From Aeromonas simiae (GTDB lineage Bacteria > Pseudomonadota > Gammaproteobacteria > Enterobacterales > Aeromonadaceae), in assembly GCF_000820125.1 (NCBI RefSeq), contig NZ_CDBY01000003.1, positions 1 to 24,000 on the forward strand: 24,000 nt of DNA, read 5' to 3'. The position numbers and the translations under genes were made by a program. The notes beneath the pieces are model-generated. The model saw only the letters and a program-made list of their open reading frames with translations. It had not been told where the DNA came from and ran no database searches. Shown piece after piece: positions 1-7,090 of this stretch (position 1 is its first letter; every line of letters starts with the position of its first letter).

Positions 1-50
1 TTTGCGCGCTGATCAACAGCATAGTAACTAAAAAGTAACCTCTACCGAGT

Positions 51-398
51 ATGAGACGCGATATGAACGAACCCCTTTGTCCCGCCTATTCCGTGTTGAG
101 ACTACTCAGCGGTAAGTGGAAGCCCGCAATTCTCTATCACTTGCGTGAGGGGAGCCTGCGTTTTGGTGATTTGCGGCGATCTCTGCCTGGGGTCAGTCAA
201 AAGATGCTGACGGCTCAGTTACGTGAACTGGAAGCCGATGGCGTGGTGGTCCGCAGTGTGATGGCCAGCGTACCGCCACGGGTTGACTACTCCCTGGGTA
301 AGTTGGGTAGAGCATTGCTTCCTCTTTTACAACAGATGCATGACTTTGTTGAAAAGAATTCAGATCTATTACCTGAGCGGAGGGAGAGGCAGGAGTGA
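51..398 (+). CDS. HxlR-family winged-helix transcriptional regulator
   Basis: 115-aa ORF. The pattern CPxxxVLRLLSGKWKPAILYHL...RFGDLRRSLPGVSQKMLTAQLRELEADGVVxR...PPRVDYSLG is the characteristic HxlR-type HTH signature. An alternative start exists at M5. Confidence 0.8.
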   Translation: MRRDMNEPLCPAYSVLRLLSGKWKPAILYHLREGSLRFGDLRRSLPGVSQKMLTAQLRELEADGVVVRSVMASVPPRVDYSLGKLGRALLPLLQQMHDFVEKNSDLLPERRERQE

Positions 399-744
399 AG
401 AGAAGAGTATGAATAGTGCCTTCGGCCCATGGTCTATACCGGTAAACGAATGAGCCCTTTTGGCTCCTGCATTTTGATGCGGTGGTAAATCAGCCGTCAT
501 CGAATCTTAAATATCCTTTTTAGTGTCCGAACGAGTACGGCTCGATAATTTATGAGCCGTTCAGGCGCATAGGCCGGATGTATTTGGTCTTGAGTCAGCA
601 GCCATGAATTTAGTCGCTAACGCATGGCAGGCTCTGCGGTTGTTGTGATAGCAGGCAGTAGAATTTGGTTACTATCACTAACGTGTTTCAATTCGTAATT
701 GGGATATATATTGCTGCGGCTGAATATGCCGGTTGTGGGAAATA

Positions 745-770
745 TATAAAAATAGCGACCTATGGTCGCC
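745..770 (-). terminator. Putative rho-independent terminator of the 789..1346 gene
   Basis: GCGACC (755-760) pairs with GGTCGC (764-769). On the minus strand the hairpin is followed by ATTTTTATATATTT and lies about 20 nt after the stop codon. Confidence 0.5.
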
Positions 771-788
771 ATTTCCAATGTGTCGCTA

Positions 789-1346
789 TCAACTAGCGTA
801 GGGGACGGATGAGTGATGGAGAACGATGCGGATCTGACCATCTTCCCCCTTACGAAAGCCCCAGGTCTTATCAACAGTGGTGGTTTTGCCATCGGCGTCG
901 GTCAGGTGCACCTTGCCCATGGTATAGGCGCTGTCACCGGAGAGTTGGATCCCGGCATTTTCCACCTTGTAATCTTTCCATCCCTTGATGGCGAACCCCT
1001 TATCGATCGGGAAAGATGGATTGCCACCGATGAAGTAGGAGAGCGCGCCCTCGCGGGTTAGCCGGAAGGTTTGCTGGCCGCTTGCCAGGGTCGGTTTGAA
1101 CAACACCACGCCTTGTGCATAGCCATAGGCATTGTCGATCACGGATTCGGCCGTGGTTTTTGCCTTCTCCTCCCCACCTGCGGCGTAGTCATCGCTGATC
1201 TGGATCAGCGCCTTGGCCCAGGCCTCTTGCGCTGCGATCACTTCATTTTCACTGATGTTCCGATTGCCTATTTCAGCTGCGCTGAGGGCTCCGCTGGTAC
1301 CCAGGATCATCATGGCGAGCAGAGAGCGGCGTAATGTGAATGTCAT
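789..1346 (-). CDS. Secreted protein of unknown function, probably NTF2-like (SnoaL/DUF4440-type) fold
   Basis: 185-aa ORF with an N-terminal signal peptide (MTFTLRRSLLAMMILGTSGALSA/AE). The EVIAAQEAWAKAL helix and the C-terminal IRIVLHHSS motif resemble NTF2-like proteins. The fold assignment is from memory and was not searched. Confidence 0.6.
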   Translation of the reverse strand: MTFTLRRSLLAMMILGTSGALSAAEIGNRNISENEVIAAQEAWAKALIQISDDYAAGGEEKAKTTAESVIDNAYGYAQGVVLFKPTLASGQQTFRLTREGALSYFIGGNPSFPIDKGFAIKGWKDYKVENAGIQLSGDSAYTMGKVHLTDADGKTTTVDKTWGFRKGEDGQIRIVLHHSSVPYAS

Positions 1347-1543
1347 CGATTTTAATCTCCTTTTTATTAGTGCGGGTTTAATTATGAAAAAGATTCATGA
1401 ATGAAAATTGAAACATTTATTCAGGATGAATCAATCTTGGAATGTGATGGAGAACAATGAGTTAGGTGCTGATTGAGCCTTTTGGCCGCTTGATGGCTAG
1501 GATGGTGCCGGGCCCAGCAGTATGGGCCCAGCTGGTTGTTGAC

Positions 1544-2197
1544 TCAGCGATACGGATGCATAAGAGGAAGTCTGATGTGGGAGGGAACCTGTGGATAGGG
1601 GGTGTAGTGGCCGCTGAGGGGAAGATCAACTGCGTTGGCGAGCGCCTCACCAACCGCCAGCCTGATTCCTAAGCCTTTGACGACGCCGAGATCGACGGGT
1701 TTGCCGTGACCGAGGCGGGTAATCGGCAGGTTGAGTCGCCGATAGATTCGCTCTACGGGTGTACTGGCTACCCCGATGAGCTCTGTTACGCCATGTTCCA
1801 TCGCATAGGCATTGGTTTCACGAAACAGCACCAGGGTCAGCTCGCTGACGCCATTGCCAAAGCGCGGGGCGCGCTCGGCATCTATGGCTAGTCGGGTCAT
1901 CTCCCAACTTTGTGCGGTGCGGGGGGCCGGTTCACCGGCCAGGGTGGAGGGAAAAATATCGGGCATCATATAAGGCCCATCACAACTGAGTAGTCTGACG
2001 CAGGCAATCAGCCCTTCATCATCCTCTATCAATACCCATCTGGTCTGCTCCGTATCATAGCCGTCCCGCTCCTGATCCCCTTCGGGTGAGACTTCCCAGC
2101 CCAGTCGGTCGGCAAAGACTTGCTTGCGGAACTGGTAAAGTTGGCGGGATATGCTCGGATTGGGATGCTCGGAAAGGGTTCCTCTAAAGATATACAT
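1544..2197 (-). CDS. ahyI: Acyl-homoserine-lactone synthase (LuxI family, AhyI-type)
   Basis: Conserved LuxI residues are present (RKQVFADRLGWEV, DGYDT, VRLL, WEMTRLAID), and the protein matches AhyI closely along its length. I place the start at the ATG at 2197 (MYIFRG) because GGAGAA lies 8-9 nt upstream. The track ORF begins 5 codons earlier at a GTG. Confidence 0.93.
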   Translation of the reverse strand: MYIFRGTLSEHPNPSISRQLYQFRKQVFADRLGWEVSPEGDQERDGYDTEQTRWVLIEDDEGLIACVRLLSCDGPYMMPDIFPSTLAGEPAPRTAQSWEMTRLAIDAERAPRFGNGVSELTLVLFRETNAYAMEHGVTELIGVASTPVERIYRRLNLPITRLGHGKPVDLGVVKGLGIRLAVGEALANAVDLPLSGHYTPYPQVPSHIRLPLMHPYR

Positions 2198-2259
2198 AGT
2201 GCTCTTCTCCACGACTCGCGTTTATAATTCCGCTCACCACTGGACGCGGGAGCGGAGAC
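2198..2259. promoter_or_regulatory. Divergent ahyI/ahyR control region (62 bp)
   Basis: TATAAT on the plus strand (2223-2228) overlaps TATAAA on the minus strand (complement of 2221-2226). An inverted repeat TCCGCTC (2229-2235) - N14 - GAGCGGA (2250-2256) has a right arm covering the ahyR Shine-Dalgarno GGAG (2254-2257). Confidence 0.5.
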
Positions 2260-3045
2260 ATGAATCAAGACCGGCAACTTGAATATCTGGAGCAGTTTTC
2301 GTTGGCTTCGGACGCACAGGCGCTGTCGACCCTTATTGGTCGATTTACCCGTGAAATGGGATATGACTATTTTGGTTTCACCCTGATTTTGCCGATGTCG
2401 ATGCAGCGTCCCAAGGTGGTGCTGTTTAACGAGTGTCCCGACTCTTGGGTTCAGGTCTATACCGAAAATCATCTGATGACCCGGGATCCCATCATCCATT
2501 TGGCGCGAACCCAGACATTGCCGATCTACTGGAACCGGCTCGATGAGCGAGCCAGTTTCCTGCAAAAGGAAAGTTTGATCGTGATGGAGCAGGCGGCTGA
2601 TTTTGGCCTGCGCAATGGCGTGTCGTTCCCGCTCCATGGGGCCTGTGGGGAAAGTGGCATTCTCTCTTTTATCACCCGCGAAGCGGCCTCGACCGAGCTG
2701 CTGCTGGATACCTCGCCGATCCTGAGCTGGCTTTCTCACTACATCTTTGATGCCGCCATCAGGGTGGTGCTGGCGACCATGCCGGAGGGGAAAGAGGAGC
2801 CGTTGACCGAGCGTGAAACCCAGTGCCTGTTCTGGGCGAGTGAAGGGAAAACGTCGTCGGAAATTGCCTGCATCCTGGGGATTACCGAGCGCACCGTTAA
2901 CTTTCATCTCAATCAGGTCACTCGCAAGACGGGCACGATCAACCGCTACCAGGCCATAGCGAAAGGGGTCAATCAGGGGATTATTCGCCCCAATCTGGAG
3001 CAGGTGGTCATCACCAACTACTCGTCCCGGCGCTGGCTGCAGTAA
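2260..3045 (+). CDS. ahyR: LuxR-family AHL-responsive transcriptional regulator (AhyR-type)
   Basis: 261 aa. It has an N-terminal autoinducer-binding region (MGYDYFGFTLILPMSMQRPKVVLFNECPDSWVQVY..DPII..LPIYWN) and a C-terminal LuxR HTH (LTERETQCLFWASEGKTSSEIACILGITERTVNFHLNQVTRKTG). It is divergent from the LuxI gene. Confidence 0.93.
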   Translation: MNQDRQLEYLEQFSLASDAQALSTLIGRFTREMGYDYFGFTLILPMSMQRPKVVLFNECPDSWVQVYTENHLMTRDPIIHLARTQTLPIYWNRLDERASFLQKESLIVMEQAADFGLRNGVSFPLHGACGESGILSFITREAASTELLLDTSPILSWLSHYIFDAAIRVVLATMPEGKEEPLTERETQCLFWASEGKTSSEIACILGITERTVNFHLNQVTRKTGTINRYQAIAKGVNQGIIRPNLEQVVITNYSSRRWLQ

Positions 3046-3085
3046 CGAGAAATCAAGACATCTTGGTCAGGGTCTGACGGGTCGA

Positions 3086-3107
3086 CAATTGCCAGATCCT
3101 GCAATTG
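3086..3107. promoter_or_regulatory. 22-bp imperfect palindrome CAATTGCCAGATCCTGCAATTG, a candidate operator or weak hairpin
   Basis: 9 of 11 positions pair by my manual count. It lies 41 nt after the ahyR stop and about 290 nt upstream of the VpsT-like gene start. No U-tract follows it. Confidence 0.3.
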
Positions 3108-3397
3108 ACAAGGTTGCGGTTAATGAGGGGGTTGGCCATTCTTTGAATAGAACGGCCCTCTTATAGAGTGTTTTGTCAGCTTAAAAAACCACTATGAAGC
3201 AATTCATACTGAAGTATGTCCATTGGGGCAGAATCTTTAACCCAAATGGGGGTGGTTGATATCTATTTGTATTATAAGAAAAATGCGGGTTGTAACGGCG
3301 CCTCATGCTTTTTTAATACTGAGACTTTTACCAGTGCTGAATTAATCTTCTCGTGAAGTGTGTGAAAGTTTTGGTTATTAGCAGTAAGGAAACAGTG

Positions 3398-4051
3398 ATG
3401 TCCGTGGCGCATCATATAGGTCTCATCACCGAGGATAATTTACAGGCGGATATGCTCCGTCATTACCTCATGGATCAACTGGCACAGGATATCGTGCTGG
3501 TTCGACAGACCGAGGAGCTCTCCATGCTCTGCTCTGTGATCCCCCAACTGCTGTTGATCGATTTGGATTATCTCAAAGGGCTGCATGGCTCCCGGTGGCG
3601 GGAAGCCATCATGGCGCAGAGCGCAGGCGCGAGGGTGGTGTTGCTCAATGCCCCCCATGATGTCGGGCACGAGATGCTGGTGGATTGGCCCAACCTGAGC
3701 GGCCTGTTCTTTCGGCGAGATCCCCTGCAACAACTGGTCAGCGGTATTCGCAGGGTGTTGCTGGGAGAGATGTGGTTGCCGCGTCAGTTGATGAGCGAGT
3801 TGCTCTGTTATTACCGCGATAGCCAGCCACAGGGGCGACGTCAGGTCGTAGGATTGACCCTGCGTGAACAGGAGATCCTTCGCTACCTCATGACGGGGGC
3901 ATCAAACGGTGAAATTGCGAACAGCCTGTTCGTGAGCGAGCACACCATCAAGTCGCATCTCTATAACGTATTCAAGAAGATCCACGTGAAGAACCGGTTG
4001 CAAGCGGTGCAGTGGGCCAAAGAGCATCTTGACGCTAGAGGCTGGCGCTGA
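3398..4051 (+). CDS. VpsT/CsgD-family LuxR-HTH regulator with an atypical receiver-like N-domain
   Basis: It aligns with V. cholerae VpsT from memory: NLSGLFF vs NLAGVFY, GEMWLPRQL vs DEMWLTRKL, LTLREQEILRYLMTGASNGEIANSLFVSEHTIKSHLYNVFKKIHVKNRLQAVQWAK vs LTKREQQIIKLLGSGASNIEIADKLFVSENTVKTHLHNVFKKINAKNRLQALLWAK. I place the start at the ATG at 3398, preceded by AAGGAA. The track ORF starts 15 codons upstream at a GTG. Confidence 0.85.
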   Translation: MSVAHHIGLITEDNLQADMLRHYLMDQLAQDIVLVRQTEELSMLCSVIPQLLLIDLDYLKGLHGSRWREAIMAQSAGARVVLLNAPHDVGHEMLVDWPNLSGLFFRRDPLQQLVSGIRRVLLGEMWLPRQLMSELLCYYRDSQPQGRRQVVGLTLREQEILRYLMTGASNGEIANSLFVSEHTIKSHLYNVFKKIHVKNRLQAVQWAKEHLDARGWR

Positions 4052-4060
4052 GTCCCCGCC

Positions 4061-4080
4061 ACTGTCTATTCATCCAGTAT
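4061..4080. promoter_or_regulatory. LexA (SOS) box upstream of uvrA
   Basis: ACTGTCTATTCATCCAGTAT fits the gammaproteobacterial CTG-N10-CAG / CTGT-N8-ACAG consensus with one core mismatch. It lies about 50 nt upstream of the uvrA ATG and closely resembles the E. coli uvrA box as I recall it. Confidence 0.75.
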
Positions 4081-4130
4081 TCTCTGTGCGATACTCACCC
4101 GCCTGACGTGTCGAAACGAGCGTGTGCAAG

Positions 4131-6953
4131 ATGGAAAAAATAGTGGTCCGGGGTGCCCGCACCCACAACCTTAAGAACATCAACCTGACCCTGCCCCGCA
4201 ACAAGCTGATTGTGGTCACCGGCCTCTCTGGCTCGGGCAAATCCTCCCTGGCGTTCGATACCCTCTATGCCGAGGGGCAGCGGCGCTATGTGGAGTCGCT
4301 TTCGGCTTATGCCCGCCAGTTTCTCTCTCTGATGGAGAAGCCGGACGTGGATCATATCGAAGGGCTCTCGCCGGCTATCTCCATCGAGCAGAAATCCACT
4401 TCGCACAACCCGCGTTCCACGGTCGGCACCATTACCGAAATTTATGACTACCTGCGGCTGCTGTTTGCCCGGGTCGGTGAGCCCCGCTGCCCGACTCACG
4501 GCATCCCGCTGACCGCCCAGACCATCAGCCAGATGGTGGATCAGGTGCTGGCGCAGCCCGAAGGCGCCAAGCTGATGTTGCTTGCCCCTGTGGTGCGCAA
4601 CCGTAAGGGGGAGCACGTCAAGCTGCTGGAGAACCTAGCTGCCCAGGGCTACATCCGTGCCCGTATCGACGGCGAGGTGTGCGATCTCTCCGATCCCCCG
4701 AGCCTGGAGCTGCAAAAAAAGCACACCATCGAGGTGGTGGTGGATCGCTTCAAGGTGCGCGACGATCTGCAACAACGCCTCGCCGAGTCGTTCGAGACGG
4801 CGCTGACCCTCTCGGGTGGCATAGTGCAGGTGGTGCCCATGGACGGGGAGGAGGGGGTTGCCCCCATGACCTTTTCGGCTAACTTCGCCTGCCCTGAGTG
4901 TGGCCATTCGGTCTCCGAGCTGGAGCCGCGCATCTTCTCGTTCAACAATCCGGCCGGGGCGTGCCCCACCTGTGACGGGCTCGGGGTGCAGCAATATTTC
5001 GATCCGGATAAGGTGATCCACGATCCGAGCCAGAGTCTGGCCGGCGGCGCCATCCGTGGTTGGGATAAGCGCAGCTTCTACTACTTCCAGATGCTCAAAT
5101 CGCTGGCCGAGCACTATGAGTTCGATCTCGAGGCGCCGTGGGAGGATCTGCCGCCCAAGGTGCAGGAGGTGCTCCTGCGCGGCTCCGGTCGCAGCGATAT
5201 CGAGTTTCGCTACATGAACGACCGTGGCGATGTGGTGGTGCGCAAGCATCCGTTCGAGGGGATCTTGCACAACATGGAGCGCCGCTATCGGGAGACCGAG
5301 TCCAACGCGGTGCGCGAAGAGCTCTCCAAATACATCGCCAACAAGCCCTGCACCAGCTGTGGTGGCAGCCGGCTGCGTGAAGAGGCGCGTCATGTCTTCA
5401 TCGAGAACCGCAACCTGCCGGCCATTGCCGACGACTCCATCGGCGATGCGCTCAGCTTCTTTGCCGGCCTGACCCTGACCGGCCAGCGCGCCCAGATTGC
5501 CGAAAAAATCTTGAAAGAGATCGTCGAGCGACTCGGTTTTCTGGTGAACGTGGGTCTCAACTACCTGAGCCTGTCGCGCAGTGCCGAGACTCTCTCCGGT
5601 GGTGAGGCGCAGCGCATCCGGCTGGCCAGCCAGATTGGCGCCGGTCTGGTGGGGGTGATGTATGTGCTCGACGAGCCCAGCATCGGCCTGCATCAGCGTG
5701 ACAACGAGCGGCTGTTGGGCACCCTGACCCATCTGCGCGATCTCGGTAACACGGTGATCGTGGTGGAGCACGATGAAGATGCGATCCGGCTTGCCGACCA
5801 TGTGCTCGATATCGGCCCCGGAGCCGGGGTACACGGTGGCAACATAGTGGCTCAGGGCACGCCCCAGCAGATCATCGACAACCCGGAGTCGCTGACCGGT
5901 GACTATCTCTCCGGCCGCAAGCAGATTGAGGTGCCGCGCGAACGTACGCCACTCACCGGCAAGTGGTTGAAGCTCAAGGGGGCGAGCGGCAACAACCTGC
6001 GCAACGTCAACCTGGACCTGCCCATCGGGGTAATGACCTGTGTCACCGGGGTCTCCGGCTCCGGTAAGTCGACCCTGATCAACGATACCCTGTTTCGCAT
6101 CGCGCACCGGGAGCTGAACAAGGCGACCGAATCGACGCCGGCGCCTTATCGCAGCGTTGAGGGGTTGGAGCATCTGGACAAGGTGGTCGACATCGACCAG
6201 AGCCCGATCGGCCGCACTCCGCGCTCCAACCCGGCGACCTACACCGGCCTGTTCACCCCGATCCGCGAGCTGCTCTCCGGCACCCAGGAGGCGCGGGCTC
6301 GTGGCTACCAGCCGGGCCGCTTCTCCTTCAACGTGAAGGGCGGGCGCTGCGAAGCCTGCCAGGGGGATGGGGTCATCAAGGTGGAGATGCACTTCCTGCC
6401 GGACGTCTACGTGCCGTGCGACGTCTGCAAGGGACAGCGCTACAACCGCGAGACCTTGGAGGTGAAGTACAAGGGCAAGAACATCCACGAGATCCTCGAG
6501 ATGACGGTGGAAGATGCCCGGGCCTTCTTCGATCCGGTGCCGGCGGTGGCGCGCAAGCTGCAAACCCTGATGGACGTGGGGCTCTCCTACATCCGCCTCG
6601 GTCAGTCGGCCACCACACTGTCAGGTGGCGAGGCGCAGCGGGTCAAGCTGGCGCGCGAGCTCTCCAAGCGCGATACCGGCCAGACCCTCTACATCCTGGA
6701 TGAGCCGACCACAGGGCTGCACTTTCACGACATCCAGCAATTGCTCAAGGTGCTGCACCAGTTGCGCGATCGCGGCAACACCATCGTCATCATCGAACAC
6801 AACTTGGACGTCATCAAAACCGCCGACTGGATTGTCGATTTGGGGCCGGAAGGGGGCTCGGGAGGGGGCCGCATTCTGGTGACGGGGACTCCGGAGGCCA
6901 TCTGCGACAATAGCGAGTCGCATACCGCGCGTTTCCTGAAGTCGATGTTGTGA
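4131..6953 (+). CDS. uvrA: Excinuclease ABC subunit A
   Basis: The N-terminus [19 protein letters not shown] is typical. It has two ABC ATPase modules ([24 protein letters not shown]; LSGGEAQR twice) and zinc-finger cysteines (CPECGH..CPTCDG; [14 protein letters not shown]). I chose the ATG at 4131 to match canonical UvrA N-termini. The track ORF starts at a GTG at 4122. Confidence 0.97.
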   Translation: MEKIVVRGARTHNLKNINLTLPRNKLIVVTGLSGSGKSSLAFDTLYAEGQRRYVESLSAYARQFLSLMEKPDVDHIEGLSPAISIEQKSTSHNPRSTVGTITEIYDYLRLLFARVGEPRCPTHGIPLTAQTISQMVDQVLAQPEGAKLMLLAPVVRNRKGEHVKLLENLAAQGYIRARIDGEVCDLSDPPSLELQKKHTIEVVVDRFKVRDDLQQRLAESFETALTLSGGIVQVVPMDGEEGVAPMTFSANFACPECGHSVSELEPRIFSFNNPAGACPTCDGLGVQQYFDPDKVIHDPSQSLAGGAIRGWDKRSFYYFQMLKSLAEHYEFDLEAPWEDLPPKVQEVLLRGSGRSDIEFRYMNDRGDVVVRKHPFEGILHNMERRYRETESNAVREELSKYIANKPCTSCGGSRLREEARHVFIENRNLPAIADDSIGDALSFFAGLTLTGQRAQIAEKILKEIVERLGFLVNVGLNYLSLSRSAETLSGGEAQRIRLASQIGAGLVGVMYVLDEPSIGLHQRDNERLLGTLTHLRDLGNTVIVVEHDEDAIRLADHVLDIGPGAGVHGGNIVAQGTPQQIIDNPESLTGDYLSGRKQIEVPRERTPLTGKWLKLKGASGNNLRNVNLDLPIGVMTCVTGVSGSGKSTLINDTLFRIAHRELNKATESTPAPYRSVEGLEHLDKVVDIDQSPIGRTPRSNPATYTGLFTPIRELLSGTQEARARGYQPGRFSFNVKGGRCEACQGDGVIKVEMHFLPDVYVPCDVCKGQRYNRETLEVKYKGKNIHEILEMTVEDARAFFDPVPAVARKLQTLMDVGLSYIRLGQSATTLSGGEAQRVKLARELSKRDTGQTLYILDEPTTGLHFHDIQQLLKVLHQLRDRGNTIVIIEHNLDVIKTADWIVDLGPEGGSGGGRILVTGTPEAICDNSESHTARFLKSML

Positions 6954-6972
6954 CCAAGAAAAGTGACCAAAC

Positions 6973-6998
6973 AAGGGGCCTCTGGCCCCTTTGTTTTT
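6973..6998 (+). terminator. Rho-independent terminator after uvrA
   Basis: AAGGGGCC (6973-6980) pairs with GGCCCCTT (6984-6991) around a 3-nt loop, followed by TGTTTTT. Confidence 0.7.
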
Positions 6999-7090
6999 AG
7001 GTGGTTCAATGCCAGCATACGCCGGCCCAACTCAGGTTCTATCGATAAGATTCACCATAATAAGGGCGAACGGCCTCAGGAGCCTCAGGC

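Noticed and set aside
23-39. Direct repeat AGTAAC-N5-AGTAAC just upstream of the HxlR-family gene
   Set aside because: It might be an operator with half-sites spaced one helical turn apart. However, the repeat is short, the promoter region is cut by the window edge, and a hexamer repeat in AT-rich DNA is weak evidence.
617-892. 91-aa minus-strand ORF spanning the 3' end of the 789..1346 gene and the intergenic region
   Set aside because: It runs through the terminator hairpin and AT-rich spacer. It overlaps a better-supported gene, has no SD and has odd composition.
1509-1530. GGGCCC-N8-GGGCCC hairpin 14 nt downstream of the ahyI stop
   Set aside because: It is a plausible transcript-end structure, but no U-tract follows on the minus strand, so I did not call it a terminator.
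2029-2907. 292-aa ORF antisense to ahyR that overlaps the ahyI start
   Set aside because: It overlaps two confidently identified QS genes and has no motifs or a plausible RBS.
3194-3259. 21-codon mini-ORF (MKQFILKYVHWGRIFNPNGGG) in the vpsT-like leader
   Set aside because: It has no Shine-Dalgarno sequence upstream and no supporting conservation information. It could be a chance ORF in AT-rich DNA.
4635-6563. 642-aa ORF antisense to uvrA
   Set aside because: It lies entirely inside the strongly supported uvrA gene on the opposite strand. The translation is low-complexity and rich in R/A/G/L/H, which is typical of stop-free antisense frames in GC3-rich genes. It has no recognisable motif.
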